64,000 nucleotides of DNA from the human T2T-CHM13v2.0 reference genome, Homo sapiens: assembly GCF_009914755.1 (NCBI RefSeq), contig NC_060925.1; one strand, written 5' to 3'. This document shows, piece by piece, positions 14,241-32,329 of this stretch; position 1 is the stretch's first letter, and every line of letters starts with the position of its first letter. Below the pieces are notes generated by a model. That model saw only the letters and a program-made list of their open reading frames with translations. It ran no database searches and was not told where the DNA came from. Made by a program: the position numbers and the translations under genes.

Positions 14241-16280
14241 CTATTCTCAGGTATTAGCTGTGGCACAGAGCAAGGCCCCCTTCCCTGCAACTTCCTTGCC
14301 ACTCAGGTCGGTGGGAGGGACAGCTCGAAGCTAGGATGAGTGTTGCTTAACCTTTTGCCTGTCCAACAGGAGCCAATCACTTCCAGGACATCTTGATCCA
14401 GAGGGAAGGCACCTGCCCCCAACACGGGGTTTGTGGCTGAGCTGGCCTTGCGTCATGCCCGCCTGCTCCAGGTGTGACTTGCACTTTGACCTTCTCTTTG
14501 CCTGAGCCCCACCAGTTTACCTGTTCTGACCACTGACCAGCTCAGCACTGCTCACAGTGCCCCAGCATTGGGGTCCCTCTTGCTTGGCCTCTTTCAGAAA
14601 CTTCCCTTCTCAGGCGGCCTTTTCAGGTGTGGCCTGGGACCTCTGCCTCTCTGCCTCTGGCCCCAGAGGTCCCGGCCTCACTTATCTGCTGCCAGAAAAT
14701 GAGAAGGCAAGGCTCTGTAACCAATCAATCGGCCAGCCGGCCAAGGAAATATTGAAGACTCATAAAGAGCTTTGAGAGAGACGTATTTGGGAAGCGCTAT
14801 CTGTAGGAGGCGGAGTGCTCTGGGTGTGAGGGGGAGATGCAGGGGCTATGGACTCAGGACTGATTCTTGAAGGAGGTGGGGCTAGGATGAGGTGAGAAGG
14901 ATGAGCATATTAATTTGGTGGTGAGAAGAGGTGGGACAGGGTGGCTGAGTGTGTGGGGACCAGAGAAGAGGCAGGAGTGAGTGCGTGCTGAGAACACTCG
15001 TGGGTGGGGTGATACCCCCAAATACTTAACCATGGGCCCTGACCCACCAGAATCTGTGCCAGGTAGGACCCTTAGCTGCTAGGTTGTGGGGACACCTGGC
15101 CAGTCCTGGGAAAGGACCAGGAGAATGATGGGCAGGTGGCCACTGGGTCGGAGGTGGGGGCAGCTCAGGGCAGCAGCTGTTTACCAACCAGTATGGAAGT
15201 GGTTCAATATTTTATTAACTATAAAGGACCCTAAAGAGTGTGCAGTAACAGAATCCTCACCATGCCCGTGGGATGGGGCAGCGACATGGCCGCAACACCC
15301 CACCATGAGATGTGAGCTCAGCACTCAGACACTCTGAGGGGATGAGCTGTGTACTTGTCTGCAGGAGGACACAGTCATGAGTCAGAAGCTGCTGTTTTCC
15401 TTCCTTGGAAAGGAAGGTACGTTCCAGCATAGTGCAGGGGGCCCCTCAGGCCACCCCAGGCTTAGGGGAAGCTGAGCTGCCTCTATCCTTGCCCAGCCAT
15501 TCCCAGCTTCCCCCTCTGCAGCCCTGGCCCCACCTGGGCGTGGCTCCCACAGCGGTGTGGGATAGAGAGGCTCTCAGGCTCCCCTGTGAGTCTGACTCCA
15601 ATTCCTGTTGGTCTTGTAAAGTCAGAAGAAATCCCAGTGATGACAAGAGTATAAAACAAGACTTGTCAAACTTCATTTTGAGCCAGGAAAATCACAGGAT
15701 TGTCATCGGGACAGGGGTTGTTGTTGTGACCTCTGTAGTTGGTCTGGCTGCTGCATAGTCGCTCTCGCTGAAAGCCACAAGACTTTGCTGGAAGGAAAGC
15801 CTTCCTCCCTCGATATGGAGGGCTCCGAGCTTCACAGGCAACCGCAAGGATCTGGCATGTGTCACACAGCAATGCTTCGACAGGCCAGGAATCCCACCTT
15901 CAGGGACCCCCAACAGAAGAAGAATCCCAAGTGCTGACACTGTAGAGCAGACGTCAGCTGCAAGCTCAGCACAGCCACTGCAGTGAGAGGTCTTGGTGGA
16001 AGCGACAGAGCTGACCTGGCTGACTCGTGCAGGCAATGGACATGGGGAAATATGTGCAGAACTTATCAGTCGGAAGGCTGGAGAACCGCATGGGGAAAAT
16101 GGGCAGGTATCAAGGCGGCTGGCAGCAGGAGATGCAGGCGAGGCCAAGCTGTGGCCAGGCTGTGGTGAGGATACCGTGGCCGGGACTGCTGCCACAGGAC
16201 ACAGGATGCTACTCTCACAGATGGTCTCCTGGCCTAGCTGCCATGGCCAAAAATAAGTTCTCTTCTGTTCCTGCACCCTA

Positions 16281-16961
<681 letters not shown>

Positions 16962-17539
16962 TCATTCCTCAGGGGAACCATTTCCAAATGAGACATGTAC
17001 ACAGGCAATACCTGCAGGGCGAGCTGCATTCTACATAGACATTCAAAACCGTCTCAATTCAAAACCGTCTCGATTCAGAGGAGTGCAGCTCCTATCTCAT
17101 GCAGACAGAGAGGGTGGGGTGACTGCATCAGAGGTCTGGTCAGGACTTGAGAGATACAGTGAAATTTGATTGTGGCTGGTGGATGAAGTAAGGTTTGATA
17201 GAAATAGAATGGCCCATGCATGTCCTCTGGGGACCCACGGACACCCTGAAATTGTATGCAAAATGTTGCGTGTGTGTTCATGTACTTTTTCTGGAACAAG
17301 GTGACAGCCTTTATTGAATCCTCAAACAAAAACAAGCACTGCTCTAGAATAATATTTCCTAAACACACTCATCACCCGACACCCCAAGGCTTGACAGGAT
17401 GCTCTAAAGTATCCATTTCTGTCCTCATCCGTTCACATGCAGCATTTAATCCCACTTCCCAGCCTTCTGCCCTCTTCTCCTGTCTCCTCTCCATGCTTAA
17501 CACGCCAGCCCCAGATGCTCCTCCTTGCCACCCAGGGCC

Positions 17540-18420
17540 TGAGTCATACATCCATCTGCTGAGCTAAATATCTCTACTTGGATGTTTAAAAGGCACCTCA
17601 GCCTGAATTCATTCCAACTAGAACTCTTGATTCACACCCCCACGGAAAAACCCCATTCCTCCCCCGGGCTCATCTAGCTCAGTTCACGGCATTTCTCTTT
17701 CTGTAAAGCCGGGGAAGTGTGCAGTGGTGAAGTGCTGGGTCCAAATTCCAGCTTTTCCATTTGCTAATGGTGGGACTTTATGCAAACTGATTCAACTCTC
17801 TGGGCCTCGATTGCCTCTTCTGTAAAATGTGGGAAGAACTAATTCCTAATTCATAGGAGTGTTATGAAATCTAGACAGGTTAAACTATGTGAAGGGTTTA
17901 GAGGAGCGCCTGGCTAACCGTATTAGCCACTGTCATTCTTTTTCTTCCAGTTGCTCAGGACAAATCCTAAGAATGATGCTTATTTCTCTCTTTCCCTCAT
18001 GCACCACACCCAAGCTCATCAGCAATTCCTGTCCATTCCACCTTCAGATACAGATCACAAATCTGACCTCCTCTCCCCATCTCTGTTGCTACCCTACTCG
18101 CCTGGGCCGCATGGTCACTTGTGGTGGTCTCCTAACTGCTCCCCTTGTGTCTACCATGGCCATCATCCCCACACCAGCTCTCCAGGTGGCAGCCAGAGTG
18201 ATCTTACAAAACCGTAGGTCAGGTCATTGCCCCCTGTCAGACTCAAGCCCATCACAGCCCTTGCTATGCTGACAGGCCCATCCCACCCCAGCCCGCTCCC
18301 CCCACCACCTGCCCCCCTCCGCCACCTCACCTGTGCCTTCTGCACGCCTCTCCCACCACTCCCCCTCCCTCCCTTTACTCTGGCCACTCTGAATGTCACT
18401 GGTCCTCCTTGAGCCCTCCT
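17540..18420 (+). mobile_element. L2 fragments with a MIR at ~17720-17935
   Basis: L2 tctctacttggatgt, gcagccagagtgatctt; MIR ctctgggcctc...ctgtaaaatg. Confidence 0.65.
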
Positions 18421-19299
18421 GAGCCCTCTGCCCAGAGTAATGCCAGAGTGGAGGCCACAGCTGAAGGCAGAGGCTGTTGGCCTGGGGTGGAGAGGGGAGA
18501 TTCCTCTGGGTGGAAGGTGACATTGGGCAGCCTTGGATGAAGTGAATACCTGGTGTGGGGAAGCAAAAATAAATAGAGAAACAAACGGATTAATTTTGCT
18601 TCTTTCCAGGGACTTGATTTTCTACAAGTGCTGCTCCAAGAGGCTTCTACACCCCCGCAGGGAGGCAAGCACCGTTTTGAGGTGGCCGGGCTGGCGAGGA
18701 GGTGCAGACCCCAGCCAGCTGGAGGGGCTCTGCCCTGATGGCGTTCCCACTCCCACCTCATTCGCAGGGCGCCGGGGAGGGCTGCAGGTGTTCTATTCCC
18801 ACCCGGCTTGCAGCGCAAGGAGGGGAATCGCCTGACACCTTCCCCTTCTCCTCTGCCCCGCTTCCTTTCTCTGCTCCCACAGGTGGAAGTCACCAGCGGA
18901 AACAACCCTTCACTGTATGGAGGGCTGGGAGAGAGGGGCCAAGAGGGCCCCGGGAGAGCCACTGGGCGGCAGGCAAGGGGCGGGGCAGTCTCCCTTCCGG
19001 CTTCCGGGACCGAAGGGTGAAGGGCAAGGGGAGCTCAGGGAATGAACGAGTGCTCCCGACTAATGTTTAACCCACGACTCCGAGACTCCGACTGGTCACA
19101 GTCCTGCAGACCTCCAGGTCCTGCACAGGCGACGCAGCGCTCCACTGGCCCGGAATGCGCACCCCGGGGGAAATGGAAAGTGCCATTGAAATGTCAGATG
19201 TCACCGTCTTCATCAGCACTCTTGGAATTTTGGCCAAAGTGGCTTCTTCTTTTGCTGAGACTTGACTCACTCCCGGCAGAGGGATGATAGCGGCCTTGC

Positions 19300-23724
<4,425 letters not shown>

Positions 23725-24052
23725 ATCTGAGGTTTTTCTAATGTAGAGAATATACCATAGTGTTTTAAATAACCTACCCTCTTACATTTGACTGCACTCC
23801 CTTCTTCAACACACAGATTGGGGGCAGGAGCTGCTTTTTCAATGAGAAGAATGAACAGACCTAGTGGGCGTTGCCTTTAGACCCAGGTAAGAGGAATCCC
23901 AGCCTTGGGACATTACTTTCAAGGGCCAAGCCCATAGGCCATCCTTCTAGAACATTCTTTGGGTAGCTAGGGCTTCATAAGTCACTTACTGGGTTTGTCC
24001 TCCTTGAGTGGACTGTGTTGTCGGTGTGCACACCTGTATTTCCATGGAATGG

Positions 24053-24733
<681 letters not shown>

Positions 24734-25826
24734 TGTGCACACTCCTTTTTCTATGGAATGGCCAAGGTGCAGCTATTTGCAGAGGCTCTGACAGAGCTCC
24801 GCTGTGGAGCTGGGGTGTCCACATGCCTGTATGGAAGAACTTTCATGGCACCGGAGCCTGGTGGGAAGAGAAGTGGGCTGGGCTATAGACTGGGCACCAG
24901 GGACTATCACCTCGTGCCACCACATTTAGTGTAGAGTTCCAGAGAGGCCACAAATTCTTCATTTGAACTGGACTCCCCAGCCTCATGTTCCTCTGCAGGA
25001 TGTAAAAGGTAATGCCAGCAGACGTTGGCAGTGCTGGAGACACCTGGTGGGCAGAGGTTACCTGGCTGGAGTGGCAGGTGTGAGGAGATGCCTCCCAGCA
25101 TAAGGAATGTGGGCTTCTGTTGGATCTCTTGTTCCAGGCCTCACACATGTTCAAGGCAGCCTGGGTATGTCTTGGCCCATTCAATCCCTCAAAGCCCTGT
25201 TTAATTCTCATCTTGCTGTCACCTATGTGGTGCCAAGAAACAAGTCACCAAAATAATGAAATGCCTACCTAAGCTTAAAAACAAAACCATGAGGTCTTTC
25301 TAAATAAATTATGAAAAAGTGCAAACTGCAGGTCCCTGTAATGATTTCAAAGACTCCGTTCCAACAATGCATTAATTTAAAAAGGGAGTATAAGGCAAAG
25401 GGGGGTGATTAGAAGAGGAAGGCAGCTGACATCAAACTGAATATACCAAGTTTCCTCCTCAAAAACGAGTGTGCATTATTTGTGGTGACCATTCTTGGTA
25501 TTGTTCTATTACGTAAAACACAGCATAGCATCATTCTTTTAGATGCCATTCATTTAATATATGGGCAAATGTACATGGTTAGGCTAGACTGGAGCACTTG
25601 TCTACACTGCTTAAAAGAAAAGATTTACTAAAAAAATTCAAAGGACAAACGAAAGTGCAAAGGGAATGTTAGGTTTAATTAAGAAATCAGCTCTTTAAAG
25701 GGCTTAACCAGAATAATTGTTGGTATGCAAGTGGGGTTGTGAATTATAAATGAATCATTCATTCTTTGAAGAATGATCTCTTCTTGGAAAAGGATCTCTT
25801 CTTGGAAAGACTTGGGGAGCATTTTA

Positions 25827-26102
<276 letters not shown>

Positions 26103-27349
26103 ATACTAATAATTACTGAGTCGTTTTAAGTCGGTAACATTTGTTAGGTGTTTATTACATGCTAGTTCCTCAGTTCCAAGTATTTAGTCTTCACCACAGG
26201 CCTAGGATTATGACCATTTTATAGAGGAGGAAAATGAAGGCCTCCAAGTGCCTTGCCTGAATTACCTAGCTAAATGCTAGGAAAGCAAAGACAAGTACAA
26301 CAGGCTGTCTGCCTTTAAGAAGTTTACCACCTAGTATTTTTTAATGTAAATTCTCTAATAAGTTCAGGCCAGCTTCCTCTTCCAGCTCATCTGAATTTGG
26401 TGAATTTCAATAAAATAAAACAATACGAAAAACGTTTCTACGCAATTAACTGTTGTCATGTATTATAATAGGAATAAGGGGGAAAGCCGTCTTATGGAAT
26501 ATTGAGTCCACACTTGAGAATCAATTGCCTGAAGAACATTCTTATTTCCAGATTGTAGCATGGTCTTTTTATGCCTGAACAATGACAAAAAGAGTGATGA
26601 TTTTGTAACAAAACCTCAGGGACGCAATTAACAAGTTGTCATTTCTAATTCATGTGGAAATGCTGTTTTATTTTTCAGAGAATTGTAGCAGTGGTGTTCA
26701 TTTAATTAAGAATCTGATGTTGCGGAAGGGCAATTGAGTGAAATTTATAATATTGTAGACAGACATGTATGCAAACACAAAAGAAAATTGGTTAAGGATC
26801 TAAGTGCCAGCTTATTTTCCTTTGAACAGCCCATTTTTACATGATTTGTGAGCTGTTTCATAAAGGAATCATATAAGTATATTTTATCCTTTTAAAGATA
26901 TTTTACGGTAAACTCATCTAACTAGTAATTGTACAAGGCTCATAAATAGTCAAAAAGAAAAGTGCCTGTAACTTTTGACAATATTGAAGGTGACTACCTC
27001 TGTATTAGAAGGCAGTTTAGGATCTAGTAGCTTTCCCAACTGCAAGTAATGGCATATTCTAATTTATATGAACAACATCATAAAACCAATAAGGTAAAGA
27101 AAATAGGTTTGAATGAGAAAGTATTCTGAGAAAGGTGGGGAATGGGCGTCAGATATGGATTGGAAGGAGACAAGAGATCGGAAAGGTGACAGAAGAGAGC
27201 CCCCACTGTGGTGGCTACTGCCTGCACCTTCACCAGGAAGTGTTGCTCACCTGTCCAAGCCACAAGTTCTGGTCATGTCGTAGATCCAAGTGCCTCCAGG
27301 TGGATGTGCCACTTCCAAGGCCCAGCCTTCCTAAGCCACCTCACCTTAA

Positions 27350-27970
27350 GGTCTGGATACATTTGTTCACAGTATGCACTTTTTGAGTGCTAATTATGTG
27401 CCAGGCACTGGGCTAGGTCCTGGGGACACACCCATGAACAAGGAGAGCAGGTTCCTGGCCTCTTGCAGCTGACATTCTAGTCAGAGGAGACAGTCTGTAA
27501 ACACATAGATAAATAATTGAAAGAGTTGCACATGGCGATTTGCGCTGAGAAAATAAAGCAAGGTAAAGAGATTTAAGTGTGAGAGAAGAAAAGGGGCTGT
27601 TTAAAGAGGTGGTTAGGGAAGGCCTCTCTGAGGTCAGGACATCTGAGCAGCGAAGGAGCCAGCGATGGGAAGCACCGGGGGCGGGGGTAGGACACTCCAG
27701 ACGGAGCAAGTACAAAGGCCCTGGGGCAGGAAGGACCCTGATGTGCTGGATGAGGAGCAAGAGGGTGCCAGTATCGCTGAGCTGGAGAAGAGGAAGAAAA
27801 GTGGGAGAGGAAGATGAAGAAGTCACAGAGGTCAGGCCATGTGGGCCTTTTAGGCATGGCCAAATGCTTGGATTCTCTTCCAAGGAGAATGGGAAGTCAT
27901 TGGAAGATCTTAAGTAGGGACATGATAAGACTGATTTATACTTTCCAATTATTACTGTGACTACTCTGTG
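27350..27970 (-). mobile_element. L2 3' fragment
   Basis: tatgtgccaggcactgggctagg, gctgacattctagt, agggaaggcctctctgagg, gggaagtcattggaag. Confidence 0.85.
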
Positions 27971-30155
27971 GGGACCAGATTATAGGAAGATGATAATAAG
28001 GTGAGTGAAAAGAGTGGCCAGTCGTGGCATCCGCCTCCTTCCACAGAGATGAGTACAGGCTGAAGTCTTGTCCGTAAGATGCTTCTGTGGAAGTTACAGG
28101 GAGCTGACCCTGGCCTTGGAACTAACTGTGGTGGGATCAGAGAGGGGGGAAGCAGAGATGGTGCCAGCTTTGGCCCAAAGATCAGAAGCAGTAAGGACTC
28201 TGTGCCTCTGGCAAAAGGACAACTCCATGTTTTCTGTGCAAACATCCAAGTTACCATTTCCCCAGGCGACATTGCAGCTGTGGGGCCTGTGAACAGGACA
28301 ACAGCTAACCATTCTGAGTTTAAAAAAATCAAGGACAGTACCCTCATGTTTATAATATAGGGGGCAAAGCAAAATCCATTGACAAGCATTTCCTTTAAAA
28401 TACAGGGAAGGAAGATTCCATTGTCTACAAATTCTAATGGAAATTAATAAAGATGAGCAAATATCACAAACGTTGTCTTTATTCTGTGGTGTATTCTATG
28501 TGGTGTCCTGGTTATATGAGTATTTACAGAAGTTTTTCTAGCTTCTCTGTTGTCTCAACTCCCAACTGTCTGTTTTTCCCCATAAGGGTTTAAGTTCCTC
28601 AACCACGAATTGTCCTGCCACTGAAGTTTGCAGCCTAATCCCGTGCAGGGGACAGAGGGGAATTGTTTGGGTTGGAATGACTGGAAATCAGGGTGCCTGC
28701 TTGGGGAGGGGGTTGATGAATCTAAAACGACAGGTAGGGGTTAACTATGGAGGGGAGAAAGCCTTCATTTTAAAGTGGTGAGGTCCTGGTGTCCCTTGGC
28801 AGGCATTGCTGCCCTTTTGCACTGGTCTTCACCTTCTCCAGCCAGACATCCCAACACACAGAGTCCTCAGGGGGCCAGAGTCACCCTGTGTGGAAGTGGG
28901 AGAAATGCTCTCCTACAGGGGCCTCTAAAAAGTGCTGCTGCATGTGAGTGCATGGGTGTGCGTGAGTGCATTAAGCAATGTTTAGTGCAATCGTACATCC
29001 AGATTTTACTTACAACTCCCTCTGTCCTTAGGCATAGTAAATTAGGGCCAGGTATCTGTTTGGCTCTATTAACCAAGGGCCAAGTTAATGCCAAGCACTG
29101 GCCTTTCCTGGGGCTGATCCTCCTCATGAGGTCCAGCCCGCCCTGTCTCTTAAGACAAGTTCTTTCTCAGGTCAGGCAGCATCTCCGGCTCTCAGTAAAG
29201 AGACTTTGGGTGGCTCAATCCCACCAGTTCGTCTGGCACATCTAGACACACGAACCCCTCCCATCCCCACCCCAGCTACCTAAAGCAAGGGGGTGATATG
29301 AGCCAATCTGTGTTTACATAAAATTAGATGGCAGCCAAGGAGAGAATGATTAGCCTGCAGCAGAATCTCCTAGACAGCTGGTTGGAGGTAAAGGTTGCTG
29401 TGCCCTACCTGGAAATTCTCATTCACTAGGCCAGGGCAGGGCCTGAGAATTTGCATTTTAAGCATGTGTACTTGCCCCCTCACCTCATGATTCTGACAGT
29501 TGGCAGACCTTATCAAACACTGGACTAGAGAAAAGCTAAGCTGGTGGCCAGATCAGTATGGAGCTTGGATTGTGGGTGAGAGTTGGCAAAGGCCTGACTG
29601 AAGCAGGCACCACCATAGAGAGGAAGAGAAACTGGATTCCAGGGAGAGAACAGGGAGCAAGGATGGGCCCTGGCTGGGTGGGGAGAAAAGGAGGAGGGCA
29701 GGGAAGAGGCTGCCGCCAGGGCGGCCTCCTGACCAGCACCTGCTTTTCTGGGAGCTGGCATCCACGGGATCTGCAGCTCTTCACACATGTAGGGGAGAGG
29801 TCCTGGGCTCCCTCTCCTCCTGCTGGCACCAGCTGGCCCTGCTCACCTGATAGCAGCTCTCAGCCTGGGGACAAGCCAGGGCCACTCCCTGGGAATGCTC
29901 AGGTTATAGATGCACCCTAGTCCCAAACACAGCCTGTCCATGGCCCCAGCTGATAAAGTTACCAAATGTCAGGTGTGACAGATTTTCCTGGAGGAGGACA
30001 GAGAGTGGAAATGATGGCTGATCCCAAAGGGTTGCCTTTTAAACCCCAAACCCATTTAGTGGTAACTACACCTGACATTTCCAGAGCCCTCCCATTTAGG
30101 GAATTTAAAAATGCCTGGACTCCACATGGACATTTTTCTTCTTCTTCTTGCGGGT

Positions 30156-30463
30156 TTTTTGTTTGTTTGTTTTGTTTTGTTTTGTTTTGTTTTGTTTTGT
30201 TTTTGGATACAGAATCTCACTGTCACTCCGTCACCCAGGCTGGAGTGCAGTGGTGTGATCACGGATCACTGCAGCCTCAACCTTCCAGGCTCAAGTGGAG
30301 GTCTTCCCGAGTAGCTAGGACTACAGGCACACACCACCACTCCTGGCTAATTTTTGTATTTTTTGTGGAGATGGGGTTTCACCATGTTGTCCTGGCTGTT
30401 CTTGAACTCCTGGGCTCAAGCGATGCTCACACCTGTAATCTTAGCACTTTGGGAGTGCTAGGA
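30156..30463 (-). mobile_element. AluJ-like with (TTTTG)n tail and inverted 5' end
   Basis: Antisense Alu to 30424, then sense Alu 5' segment 30425-30455. Confidence 0.9.
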
Positions 30464-30798
30464 GACTTTGCCCAGGAGACAGCAAAGAGCCAGCAGACAA
30501 ATTCCTTTTCCTTCCTCTCCTGCTCTGAGGTGTGGTGGGTGGAAGAGAGGCACCTGGCCTCTTCTTCTTTTAAAATGATTTACACAATGGACTGTCATGT
30601 ACCATGTAGAAGTTATTTTTCTTTTTTATCTATTTGTTATTAAGTAGGGGTAGCATTAATCTTTTTATAGATGTGAATAATTTCTGGATATAAATGGCTC
30701 CCTACTTTTAGAGATTTTGATTTGAAATTGCTATTATCTTACAAAGTTGTCCCTTTTGTATTAAAGAAGTCCATGTCATTGTGAGTAGCACCCCTGGG

Positions 30799-31285
30799 TG
30801 CCGAGACCAGCTCAGTCAGGGAGACCCTAAACCAGCGGCGCTAGAGGAATTAAAGACACACACAGAAATATAGAGGTGTGAAGTGGGAAATCAGGGGTCT
30901 CACAGCCTTCAGAGCTGAGAGCCCCAAACAGAGATTTACCCACGTATTTATTAACAGCAAGCCAGTCATTAGCATTGTTTCTATAGATATTAAATTAACT
31001 AGAAGTATCCCTTATGGGAAAAGAAGGGATGGGCTGAATTAAAGGAATAGGTTGGGCTAGTTAACTGCAGCAGGAGTATGTCCTTAAGGCACAGATCGTT
31101 CATGCTATTGTTTGTGGCTTAAGAATGCCTTTAAGCAGTTTTCCGCCCTGGGTGGGCCAGGTGTTCCTTGCCCTCATTCCCATAAACCCACAATCTTCCA
31201 GTGTGGGCATTATGGCCGTCATGAACATGTCATAGTGCTGCAGAGATTATGGCCAGATTTTGGGGGGGGGGGCCTGCTCCCAACA
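30799..31285 (-). repeat. 3' LTR (MER9)
   Basis: Minus strand begins TGTTGGGAGCAGGC directly after the polypurine tract AAAGAAGGGGGA, ends TCTCGGCA; AATAAA on minus strand at 30947-30952; lacks ~28 bp present in the 5' LTR between TTATGGCCAG repeats. Confidence 0.95.
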
Positions 31286-31359
31286 TGTCCCCCTTCTTTG
31301 ATTTGCAAATCGATAAAAGCAAGGGCAGCTTTGTCACGGTGAGCTATTTCTTGCAGGAG

Positions 31360-32320
31360 TCAGGATCCATATCTGCAGACTATACAAAGACAAACAACAT
31401 AGATTAAAAGCACAGTCATCATTGAAATCACAGAGCTTCCAAGTGTTTTTATCCATTTTAATGGGTTACTAGCTGCTAATTTGTCTGCAGCTCCTTTAAG
31501 CACTTCAGTTCCTGGCATTAAGGTCAGGTGTGCCTGGGATGCTTTAAATATTTGTTCTTTTAATTTTGCTATATCCAAAAACAATTTTGTAGAGTGTCCT
31601 TCTAGATGCTTTTTTATTCTTTCCCAAATTTTGATCTTATTAAGAGCATTTAATAGTTTCCGCAAATCCTTATGTTTAGCTCCTAGAGCAGGCCATATCA
31701 TTTGAGGTTGAGGTGCCACTATACCGCCATGGTTCCACATAATAGGAACTTTTGCCGTACTTCTTAACATTTCTACCATCTGACTGTTTTGTTCAGATCA
31801 TCTAAACATAGTGTGACTGTGGCACGCAGACTGAGAGGTGCAATTCAAGCTAAACATCCCCTTAGGGGACCAATTAATAATGATTCCATAGGAATCGTTG
31901 TGCAGCATCTCTGCCTGTTCTGCAAGGCAATCTTCCTAAACAATTGTGTTCATTTTTTCTAACTGGGTCCAATCCTGTTTACAAATAGGTTTTTAAGGGT
32001 GGTATGCCTCAATTATAGGAGCAGATTTATTATGGTAAATACTGAGATCAGAAAGCATATGTAACTGTGTCATAGAGTGATTGCATCCAGGCGTTATTAC
32101 CAGCCCTTATTGTAGGAATACTCACGGCAGTGGTGATAACCACTATCATAGCTACCATTAAATTATTCATTGTGACTGGTTGTTCCGCTTTCCTCCGCCA
32201 TCTGTGACAGCTTCTTGATCTGTCCCCAGGTGGGTGGCTGTGGTCGACGGGTGTTGCTCGTGACAGTTGGGGTCCTCCTCAGCATCAGTCTCAACATGGC
32301 TGCAACCGGGGGGTCCTCAG
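31360..32320 (-). pseudogene. env: Retroviral env remnant with internal deletion
   Basis: Leader motif [14 protein letters not shown]; SU fragment WNHGGIVAPQPQMIWP; TM C-terminus DIAKLKEQIFKASQAHL and hydrophobic anchor ISMMTVLLIYVVCLCIV. Confidence 0.9.
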
Positions 32321-32329
32321 GATCCTCCC

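Noticed and set aside
17041-17077. 16-bp tandem repeat ATTCAAAACCGTCTC(A/G), 2.3 copies
   Set aside because: Simple slippage duplication with no spacers; not CRISPR-like and no clear motif created
29966-30643. 225-aa ORF and similar ORFs containing LSPRLECSG / [12 protein letters not shown]
   Set aside because: Translations of antisense Alu and microsatellite sequence
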